From the NCBI GenBank assembly GCA_002436015.1, contig DIXJ01000009.1, forward strand, positions 64,121-128,120: a stretch of 64,000 bases of DNA. Reading direction: 5' to 3'. The DNA is from Synergistaceae bacterium UBA6083 (GTDB lineage Bacteria > Synergistota > Synergistia > Synergistales > 79-D21). A model generated the notes under the pieces. It made no database searches and was not told the origin of the DNA. It saw nothing but the letters and a program-made list of their open reading frames with translations. Of the stretch, positions 55,861-64,000 are shown piece after piece. The position numbers and the translations under genes are program-made. Within the stretch, counting starts at the first letter, position 1, and each line of letters begins with the position of its first letter.

Positions 55861-56488
55861 TCCGGACTTCGTCCCAGCGTTTCTTGACTTCCCGTATGTC
55901 CTTCCAGGTGAGATCCTTGGGGCTGCCTGCAGCCCGGGACTGGTTGCGCAGGAGGTAGCTTGGATGATACATCGGGAAAACCTCGATTCCCCGCCACTTG
56001 AACCAGTGCCCCCGGAGCTCCCCGATCGGAGCCGTTGTCTTGAGGATCCAGCGTGTTGGCGTGCTTCCCAGCAGGACGAGGATTCTTGGGGAAATCAGGG
56101 CAATCTGGGCCTGAAGGTAGGTGTCGCAAGTCATCATTTCCTCTACAGATGGGACCCTGTTGCCCGGTGGCCTGCATTTGACAACATTCCCGATGAAGAT
56201 TCCCCCGCGATTGATCCCCGCCGCGGTCAGGATAGTGGTCAGTAGCTGACCTGCTTTCCCTACAAACGGAAGCCCCTGCTCATCCTCGTCCGCTCCCGGT
56301 CCTTCTCCGACGAACATCAGAGAGGTTTCCATCGGTCCATCACCAAAGACGGTACGGTTGCGCGTATCCGCCAGGGGGCAAAGCTGGCATTTTGACACGT
56401 CATCCTGCAGTCGCGACCATAGGAGCTTCCGCCGGGAGGCGATTTCTTCCGGGGAAGGGCAAATGATCAAGTTATTCTTTCGCTCCAT
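55829..56488 (-). CDS. uracil-DNA glycosylase, family 4
   Basis: CQLCPL...R..VFGDGP....MFVGEGPGADEDEQGLPFVGKAGQLL and HPSYLLR motifs. ATG-56488 was chosen. Confidence 0.85.
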   Translation of the reverse strand: MERKNNLIICPSPEEIASRRKLLWSRLQDDVSKCQLCPLADTRNRTVFGDGPMETSLMFVGEGPGADEDEQGLPFVGKAGQLLTTILTAAGINRGGIFIGNVVKCRPPGNRVPSVEEMMTCDTYLQAQIALISPRILVLLGSTPTRWILKTTAPIGELRGHWFKWRGIEVFPMYHPSYLLRNQSRAAGSPKDLTWKDIREVKKRWDEVRNEEEPRDEPA

Positions 56489-57326
56489 GGAGCTCCACCT
56501 CCGTAACGACGACGTCAACCCCTCGGACGTCAAGGCCCATAAAATAGCTGACGCTCGAGGAGATGCGCACTTTGACGGTTCGTGCGATCTCGACGAGATT
56601 TCGCTCTCCCAGGATAACCCCGATTTTCAGTTGCAGCGAAACGCCCTCTGAGCTTGGCTTGATGCGTATTTCCTGGATGCTTTTGACTTGGGGGGTTCGC
56701 AGGGCGACATGACGGGCGAGGTCCTCTATGGCCTGGGGTTCGATGCGGAGCGCTCCGATAAAGCTGAACGGAGGCCTCACGATCGTTTTTTCGCCCTCGT
56801 ACTTGTTCTTTCCTTTCCAGAAGACTCTTAGCTTGCCGACGAGCTTGCCCGCGAAGTTTTTCCGAACCTGGACCTGGGAAACGGGGATCACATGCTGTCC
56901 CTTAACCTTCCTCTCCAGTCTCGCTCGCCTGATCTCCTCAGGTGTTGCAACGTCTTCGATTCGGATGATGCTTTCCGGGGCCGGAATCCCAAGTCGCCTG
57001 GCAATCTGGACGGCCATCCCCTCCGAAGTGGCGATAATCATGACGGTACAAGGCTGGGCTTGCAGAAAGAATTCCTGGATTTCCCGCCTGTGATCTGGAA
57101 ATTCCATCATGGCGCGACGAATCGCGCGCACTTGGTTTCTCTCTGTCTTGGCACTGCGCCCGGAAACGATCTGCCCCTTTCGGATGACAAGCCCGTCATC
57201 GAGGATGTAATCAATGTCCAGGTTCCTCGCCAGGACCTGTGCCCTTTGACTTTTCCCGGTTCCGGCTTTTCCAACGAACGAAATGACCTTCACGCCGGGA
57301 AGGGGGACCTTCTCATCTTCCGGCAA
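56472..57326 (-). CDS. uncharacterised protein: N-terminal P-loop NTPase-like region fused to a C-terminal Asp23/Gls24-like domain
   Basis: Walker A VGKAGTGKSQ near the N-terminus. The last ~90 aa (IEDLARHVALRTPQVKSI..VSLQLKIGVILGERNLVEIARTVKVRISSSVSYFMGLDVRGVDVVVTEVE) follow the Asp23-family alternating pattern. Overlaps the hisC stop (14 nt) and the udg start (17 nt). Confidence 0.6.
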   Translation of the reverse strand: MPEDEKVPLPGVKVISFVGKAGTGKSQRAQVLARNLDIDYILDDGLVIRKGQIVSGRSAKTERNQVRAIRRAMMEFPDHRREIQEFFLQAQPCTVMIIATSEGMAVQIARRLGIPAPESIIRIEDVATPEEIRRARLERKVKGQHVIPVSQVQVRKNFAGKLVGKLRVFWKGKNKYEGEKTIVRPPFSFIGALRIEPQAIEDLARHVALRTPQVKSIQEIRIKPSSEGVSLQLKIGVILGERNLVEIARTVKVRISSSVSYFMGLDVRGVDVVVTEVELHGAKE

Positions 57327-58431
57327 GCCGTTTCAGCACCTTTCCGAGACTCTGGAGGAACAGGTCGTTTTCCTCCGGCAGGCCGACCGTCACCCTCAGG
57401 TGCCCAGGGTAACCCAAGTCGTCACCGAGTCGGACGATAATTCCTTCCGAAAGGAGGTTTTCGTAAACGGTCTTGGCCTCCTGGAGGTGCAGGACGACAA
57501 AGTTCGTCTGCGTCGGATGAACCCGTATTCCCATGTCGCGAAGCGCAAAATTCAGTCTTTCGCGTTCGGCGAGCGTCCTTTCACGGACCTCCTGGATGTA
57601 GTTGGTTTCGGAAAGTGCGGCCAATGCTGCGTTTTGGGCGATGCTGTTGACCTCGAAAACCTTTCGAACCTTGAGGTAGGTCTCCACGACGGGCTTGGGG
57701 GCGATGGCATAGCCGACGCGCAAGGCAGCCAGCCCGTAGATCTTGGAGAAAGTCCTCAGCATGACGATATTGCCGAGCTGGTCGAAAAGGTCGATGCCAG
57801 AGGCGTACTTCGGGTCCTCGACATAATCCGCGTAGGCTTCGTCCAGGATGAGCAGGGTTTCCCTGCCGTTCAGGGAGTTAGCCAGAGTTGTAAGGTCGGT
57901 CCGGGTCATGATGGACCCTGTCGGATTGTTGGGGTTGCAGATTACGAGTGCTTTTGTCCTGGGGCCGCAGGCTTCTATGAGCCGGTCAAGCCCGGTCTCT
58001 CCTTCGCTCCCGTCGGTCGGGACCTCGATCCTTCTTGCTCCCGACGCGGCTGCAGCAAGGCGATAGAGAGGGTACGTAGGGGTAGCGTAAGCCACTTCGT
58101 CCCCTTCGTCGATGATCGACTGGAACAGGGAATATAAGATTCCCTCCGTTCCCCCACCGACGATGACTTCGGCCGGGGAGCGTCCCCACCTCATGGCGAT
58201 TGCCCTCTTGAGTCGGTATGCAGCGGGGTCCGGGTAGCGGCAGGTTTCACTCGAGGCAAGGCGAACGGCCTCAACCACTTTTTCCGGCAGAGGCCAAGGG
58301 TTCTCGTTTGAGCAAAGCCGGATGGCGGACTGCAAACCGAGTTCCCGCTGCACCTCCGAGATAGGTTTCCCCGGCTTGTATGGCTCAATGTCCGTTAGGG
58401 ATTTCCTGACGATGTGGTCTTTCCAGGACAT
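57313..58431 (-). CDS. hisC: histidinol-phosphate (class II pyridoxal-phosphate) aminotransferase
   Basis: LCSNENPWPLP, ICNPNNPTG and FSKIYGLAALRVGY (PLP Lys) motifs. Confidence 0.85.
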   Translation of the reverse strand: MSWKDHIVRKSLTDIEPYKPGKPISEVQRELGLQSAIRLCSNENPWPLPEKVVEAVRLASSETCRYPDPAAYRLKRAIAMRWGRSPAEVIVGGGTEGILYSLFQSIIDEGDEVAYATPTYPLYRLAAAASGARRIEVPTDGSEGETGLDRLIEACGPRTKALVICNPNNPTGSIMTRTDLTTLANSLNGRETLLILDEAYADYVEDPKYASGIDLFDQLGNIVMLRTFSKIYGLAALRVGYAIAPKPVVETYLKVRKVFEVNSIAQNAALAALSETNYIQEVRERTLAERERLNFALRDMGIRVHPTQTNFVVLHLQEAKTVYENLLSEGIIVRLGDDLGYPGHLRVTVGLPEENDLFLQSLGKVLKRLAGR

Positions 58432-58456
58432 GATCTTTCCTCCCCGCTCTTAGGCT

Positions 58457-59740
58457 CTAAAATTTGGGGCCCTCGTTTTCGTCGCATGGGACGATCTCTA
58501 CATCTCCTCCCAGGGAGCGGAGTTTTTCCACCATGTTTTCATATCCGCGCTGGATATGACCCATCTGGTAGATGCAAGTGTAGCCGTTGGCAGCGAGGCC
58601 GGCGAGCACAAGGGCAGCGCCGGCGCGCAGGTCGGTGGCCCTGACTTCCGCACCCGTTAGGTGCTCGACTCCCGTGATGATTGCCGTGTCTCCCTGCAGC
58701 TCGATCTGGCATCCCATCCGCTTAAGTTCGCTTACGTGAAGGAAACGGGATTCAAAAACACGTTCCTGGATGACGCTTGTTCCCCTGGCCAGGCATAGCG
58801 CAGCCATGATTTGCGGTTGCAGGTCAGTCGGGAATCCGGGGTAAGGCAGTGTTTTCAGGGAGACAGCAGAAAGCAGGGTATCCGGCAGGGTCCTGACGCA
58901 ATCGCCCTGTATGGAAAGATGAGCTCCTGCTTCCTCCAGCTTGGCCAGGAGGGCTTCCAGGTGTTCGGGTTCCATTCCTTTTACCGTCACGTCGCCTCCG
59001 GTTATTGCTCCGGCCAGGATATAGGTGGATGCCTCAATCCTGTCGGGGATGATCGTGATCTCCGTCCCGTGCAGTTCCTCGACTCCCTTGACCCTGATCG
59101 TGCCGGTTCCGTCTCCGTCGATCTGGCCCCCCATGCGGATGAGTGTTTCAGCCAAGTTTGAAATTTCCGGCTCTCTTGCCGCATTCTCGATCACGGTTTC
59201 GCCTTCGGCCAGGACAGCAGCCATCAGGAGGTTCTCTGTGGCGCCCACCGAAGGGAAGTCCAGGTAGATGCGTGCACCCTTGAGCCTCCTGGCCTCGGCG
59301 TGGACGGAACCGTGCTCCAGCCGGATCTCCGCCCCCATCTTGGTCAGTCCCTTCAGGTGCAGGTCGATCGGCCGGCTCCCGATGGCACAACCTCCGGGAA
59401 GGGGCAGGACCGCCCGATGGCAGCGTGCGAGCAAGGGGCCCAATACCAGGGAAGAAGCCCTCATTTTTCTGACGAGCGCAGGAGGGGTTGCCCAGTCAAG
59501 TTGATCCGGCGTCACGATATTCATTTTACCCTCGGAGAAGCGTACCTCTGCCCCCAGGTTCCTCAAAAGGTCGGACATCGTCTGGATGTCATGGAGGTCT
59601 GGAACCCGGCTCAATTCCAGGGTCCCGTTTTTCATTAGAAGCGCACTTGCCATGACGGGAAGGGCTGCGTTCTTCGCGCCCTGGGCCGTGATGCTTCCCT
59701 TCAGGGGCCGGTCACCCCTCAACACCAGTTTATGGTTCAA
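58457..59740 (-). CDS. murA: UDP-N-acetylglucosamine 1-carboxyvinyltransferase
   Basis: LKGSITAQGAKNAALP, LPLPGGCAIGSRPIDLH (catalytic Cys) and GATENLLMAA motifs. Confidence 0.95.
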   Translation of the reverse strand: MNHKLVLRGDRPLKGSITAQGAKNAALPVMASALLMKNGTLELSRVPDLHDIQTMSDLLRNLGAEVRFSEGKMNIVTPDQLDWATPPALVRKMRASSLVLGPLLARCHRAVLPLPGGCAIGSRPIDLHLKGLTKMGAEIRLEHGSVHAEARRLKGARIYLDFPSVGATENLLMAAVLAEGETVIENAAREPEISNLAETLIRMGGQIDGDGTGTIRVKGVEELHGTEITIIPDRIEASTYILAGAITGGDVTVKGMEPEHLEALLAKLEEAGAHLSIQGDCVRTLPDTLLSAVSLKTLPYPGFPTDLQPQIMAALCLARGTSVIQERVFESRFLHVSELKRMGCQIELQGDTAIITGVEHLTGAEVRATDLRAGAALVLAGLAANGYTCIYQMGHIQRGYENMVEKLRSLGGDVEIVPCDENEGPKF

Positions 59741-59783
59741 AGTCCTTCACTCCTCTCACGGGATGATGTCCCGCTACGGTCGA

Positions 59784-60935
59784 CTAGTTCCGAAACCCGA
59801 GGAACCTCTCGACTTCATGGACGATCCTGTCCGACGCATGCCCGTCACCGAAGGGGTTGACGCATTTTAAAAGCAATTCCTCGTAAGCTTTTTCATCTTC
59901 CATGAGCGGAACGGCCGAGTTCAGGATCTTTTCCTCGTCCGTACCCACCAGCAGGGCCGAACCCGATTCTACCGCTTCGGGCCTTTCGGTGACCTCACGC
60001 AGGACAAGGACTGGTTTTTTAAGCGCGGAAGCCTCTTCCTGCACTCCCCCGCTATCGCTCAATATCAGGCGACTGCGGTTCATTGCCCAGACAAAATCCG
60101 GATAATCGAGCGGATCGCAGAGGATGACCCGTTCACGATTCGTGAAAAAGGCCTCGATCGTCTCGCGTACGGCCGGGTTCTTGTGCATCGGGATCAAAAG
60201 CCAGAGATTCGGGTAGGTAGCGCGGAGTCTCTCTGCGGCTCGGCAGATCCGGCATAAAGGTTCTCCCCATGATTCCCGCCTATGGGCCGTGAGAAGAATC
60301 ATTTCGGCTTCTTCGGGAAGGGCCTGGAGTGATTCCAGGGCGGGCTTTGTCCGGTTTTCACGTGTCCACAGCAGGGCATCGATCACCGTGTTTCCCGTGA
60401 CTGAGATTCGATCCTTCGGGATTCCCTCAAGCTCAAGGTTTTTCCGGGCCCCTTCAGTTGGTGCGAACCACAGTGAAGCGAGGCGATCCGTCAAAAGCCG
60501 GTTCATCTCCTCGGGGAACGGCAGGAAGATATTACGGCTCCTGAGCCCGGCTTCCACGTGACCGACGGGGATTTTCCTGTAGAATGCCGCCAGGGAAGCG
60601 GCAAACGTTGTTGTCGTATCGCCGTGGACCAGGACGACATCCGGACGATTTTGGTCCAGCACTTGCCCGACCCCTTCAAGGACTGCTGCGGTAAGGTAAT
60701 CCAACGTCTGCCTTTCTTTCATGACGTTCAAGTCGACGTCTGCCCGAAGGTCAAAGTGATCGAGTGCCTGGTGCAACATCTGGGTGTGCTGTCCGGTGGC
60801 CAGGAGGAAACATTCAAGTCCCGAAGACCGTGCCACACGCAAGGCGACCGGGGCCATCTTGATGGCTTCCGGCCTTGTCCCCACGACGATGCAGATTTTT
60901 TTGCGGGCGTGTTCCATTGTTTTCGTCTCCCTCAT
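59784..60935 (-). CDS. wecB: UDP-N-acetylglucosamine 2-epimerase (non-hydrolysing)
   Basis: VVGTRPEAIKMAPV, HVEAGLRS and SDSGGVQEEA motifs. Confidence 0.9.
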   Translation of the reverse strand: MRETKTMEHARKKICIVVGTRPEAIKMAPVALRVARSSGLECFLLATGQHTQMLHQALDHFDLRADVDLNVMKERQTLDYLTAAVLEGVGQVLDQNRPDVVLVHGDTTTTFAASLAAFYRKIPVGHVEAGLRSRNIFLPFPEEMNRLLTDRLASLWFAPTEGARKNLELEGIPKDRISVTGNTVIDALLWTRENRTKPALESLQALPEEAEMILLTAHRRESWGEPLCRICRAAERLRATYPNLWLLIPMHKNPAVRETIEAFFTNRERVILCDPLDYPDFVWAMNRSRLILSDSGGVQEEASALKKPVLVLREVTERPEAVESGSALLVGTDEEKILNSAVPLMEDEKAYEELLLKCVNPFGDGHASDRIVHEVERFLGFRN

Positions 60936-60943
60936 CGGTTCGA

Positions 60944-61834
60944 TTACGGGTTTATGGATGAAAGGAACCGGGACATGCCGATACCGGCCAGAAGAAGAGA
61001 CAGGTGCATCGATCCCATCGTGACAATAATAGCGGTTACGGGAAATGATCGATCCAACAACCGGTGGTGGATATGCCCGCGGTCTGGAAGAAAGGGCGAC
61101 CGTCCTCCCATAAGCCTTCTTCCCACTGCCACGAGCGTGTCCAAAACCGGTAACCCTCCCAGCAAGGCCAGGACAGGGATCATCCGGAGCGGGTCAAGGG
61201 ATGCAAAGGACAGGCTTGTCGCCATTTGCGAGGCGCAAAGGAAACCCAGCAAGGTGCTTCCTCCGTCGCCCAGGAAAGTCCGTGCCCGGGGGGAAGGAAA
61301 GTTCCAGAAAAGTATCCCCGAGCAGAGTCCCGCCAAAGGAAGCCAGAGGGCTTTCTCCCCGAAGAGGGAAAGGATGCCGGCGGTAACGATCGAAAGGGAG
61401 AGACAGAGTCCGTCCATTCCGTCGATCAGGTTGTAGGCGTTAGTGCATCCGGCAATCCAGAAGACCAGGAGCGCTTTCTCCAGGTAACCCAGAGGCAAAG
61501 GCAGGATGACGATCATGGCGGCAATCCCGTGAAATGCCAACCTGACAAAGGGCGACGTCTGCTTCATGTCGTCCACGTATCCCACCAGGAAAACCAGTGT
61601 TCCACCGATTGCAATCAGCCGGGTTGCAGGTAACGGCCACCCGGAGAGCAAAACCCAAAGGAGGTAGCCGAGCCACACGACGATACCTGCCCCTCGGGGA
61701 ACGATACCGCTGTGGATTTTTCGGTCACCCGGTGCATCCAGTACCCTGAACCGGCGGGCCAATGAAATGGATAGCGGCGTCACGAGAGCTCCCCACCCTA
61801 ACGCCGCCAGGAATTGCAAGGTCAAGATATTCAA
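60944..61834 (-). CDS. glycosyltransferase family 4 (MraY/WecA/TagO-like) undecaprenyl-phosphate GlcNAc-1-P transferase
   Basis: Polytopic 296 aa with LDAPGDRKIH, VGYVDD, NAYNLIDGMDGL and FLGDGGS motifs. Confidence 0.8.
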   Translation of the reverse strand: MNILTLQFLAALGWGALVTPLSISLARRFRVLDAPGDRKIHSGIVPRGAGIVVWLGYLLWVLLSGWPLPATRLIAIGGTLVFLVGYVDDMKQTSPFVRLAFHGIAAMIVILPLPLGYLEKALLVFWIAGCTNAYNLIDGMDGLCLSLSIVTAGILSLFGEKALWLPLAGLCSGILFWNFPSPRARTFLGDGGSTLLGFLCASQMATSLSFASLDPLRMIPVLALLGGLPVLDTLVAVGRRLMGGRSPFLPDRGHIHHRLLDRSFPVTAIIVTMGSMHLSLLLAGIGMSRFLSSINP

Positions 61835-61876
61835 GGCAGGCCGCCCCTCCCGTCCTCCAGGATGGGGATCCTGATC

Positions 61877-62977
<1,101 letters not shown>

Positions 62978-63133
62978 CTACCTACCTCCTTGAATAACCT
63001 CATCGACGCCTGCTAATCATAACATTGCCGGGCAACGCCACCCTGCCGGGAAACGGCCAAAAAGCCCCGTGCTCGGACGAACTGTCGCGAACTAGAAAAC
63101 GGCAGGCAACGCACCCATTCCGGGAGGATGCCT

Positions 63134-64000
63134 TCAATCGCTTGCGTCAGTCAGGATGTTTCCGAGAACGCGTTCTGCCACCTCGTAAGGGTTGGTTTTT
63201 CGCTCGGCGAGGGATTCGAAAAGCTCCGGAGATATTTCTTTTTTCCACGCGCTTTCCACCAGGCTTGCGATCTCCCTGCGTAAGATTTCCTCTACTTCCA
63301 TCCCCAGGCGCTGCCATTTCCTCCGGCGCCCTTCCTCGCTCACGCGAAGGAAATCCGCATGGCGGACCATCTCGGAAACGACTTCCTGGACACCTTCCCC
63401 CCGTTCGGCGATCGTCTTCAGGACAGGCGGACGCCAGGGGCGCATGCCCAAAAGATCCAGCATCATGTTGACTTCGTTTGAAACCCGGTCTGCCCCGTCG
63501 CGATCCGCCTTGTTCACGATGAAGACGTCCGCGATCTCCATGATTCCCGCTTTCATGACCTGGATGTCGTCTCCCATCCCGGGGACCAGGATGAGACCGA
63601 CGGTGTCCGCGATTTTGACGATATCGACTTCCGATTGGCCGACGCCGACTGTTTCAATGATGACGACATCCTTGCCGCAGGCGTCAAGGATCAGGGCTGC
63701 TTCCTGTGTGGAACGGCTCAGTCCCCCAAGGGAACCCCGGGTTCCCATGCTCCGGATGAAGACATCCGGGTCAACGGCGTGCTGCTGCATCCTCAAGCGA
63801 TCCCCGAGAATCGCGCCGCCGGTGAAGGGGCTGGAAGGGTCGACCGCTATGACCCCGACGGTCTTTCCGCGCCCCTTGAAATCGGCGATGACCTTGTCCG
63901 CAAGAGTGCTCTTGCCTGCGCCCGGGCTCCCGGTGAGCCCGATGATGTGGGCCTTGCCCGAATGGGGATAGATCTTCCGCATGATGTGTTCAGCCTGGGG
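63134..64000 (-). CDS. meaB: methylmalonyl-CoA mutase-associated GTPase MeaB/ArgK (5' end probably outside window)
   Basis: GLTGSPGAGKSTL P-loop, ETVGVGQSE and VNKADRDGA (NKxD). The frame stays open from ATG-63982 to the window edge, and MeaB proteins usually have about 40 more N-terminal residues. Confidence 0.85.
   Translation of the reverse strand, partial: PQAEHIMRKIYPHSGKAHIIGLTGSPGAGKSTLADKVIADFKGRGKTVGVIAVDPSSPFTGGAILGDRLRMQQHAVDPDVFIRSMGTRGSLGGLSRSTQEAALILDACGKDVVIIETVGVGQSEVDIVKIADTVGLILVPGMGDDIQVMKAGIMEIADVFIVNKADRDGADRVSNEVNMMLDLLGMRPWRPPVLKTIAERGEGVQEVVSEMVRHADFLRVSEEGRRRKWQRLGMEVEEILRREIASLVESAWKKEISPELFESLAERKTNPYEVAERVLGNILTDASD

Noticed and set aside
60558-61436. 292-aa ORF on the + strand. 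Similar antisense ORFs occur at 49498-50379, 57283-58137, 62210-63016 and 20126-21010.
   Set aside because: All lie antisense to strongly supported genes (wecB/GT4, speE, hisC, rpiB-upp, ftsK) and have shadow-ORF composition.

Overview
This is a GC-rich, very gene-dense stretch of core bacterial chromosome, with about 62 CDS and almost no non-coding DNA. GC content was judged by eye, not computed. I saw no rRNA, tRNA, CRISPR array, transposase, integrase or phage genes. Positions 1-7.2 kb are on the + strand: yvcK-whiA, an archaeal-type glycogen debranching enzyme, and gap-pgk-tpiA. From 7.3 kb to the window end nearly everything is on the - strand; only rpmB and nikR are +. These - strand genes form long chains with 4-30 nt ATGA/TTGA-type start/stop overlaps.

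In order along the window, the - strand blocks are:
- rsfS, an LCP protein, nadD, obg, rpmA-rplU
- recN-nadK-tlyA-dxs-ispA-xseB
- thiamine pyrophosphokinase, ftsK, tldD, yqeH, mltG
- a THF-dependent histidine-utilisation cluster (hutH, hutU, ftcD, hutI, cyclodeaminase) interrupted by a Liv-type ABC importer and headed by an AmmeMemoRadiSam gene pair
- queA, spoIID-like, DUF2905, ruvBAC, yebC, nadE plus a separate CN-hydrolase
- an arginine hub: arcA-arcB, then speB-speE-pdaD
- ispG-rseP-dxr-cdsA-uppS, udg, a P-loop/Asp23-like hypothetical, hisC
- murA-wecB-GT4 transferase, an rpiB::upp fusion, and a 5'-truncated meaB

The gene content (amino-acid fermentation pathways, pyruvoyl ArgDC, L27 without a propeptide) suggests an anaerobic amino-acid degrader, possibly Synergistota-like. 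That is inference only.

I found no obvious new multi-gene system such as a defence island. The most interesting items are:
- the fused, function-unknown AmmeMemoRadiSam module apparently co-transcribed with hut genes
- an uncharacterised P-loop::Asp23-like fusion protein
- the RpiB::Upp fusion
- a G10 homopolymer inside the spacer of a consensus promoter for the polyamine operon

Start codons were refined by eye from SD spacing and stop/start overlaps and may be off by a few codons.
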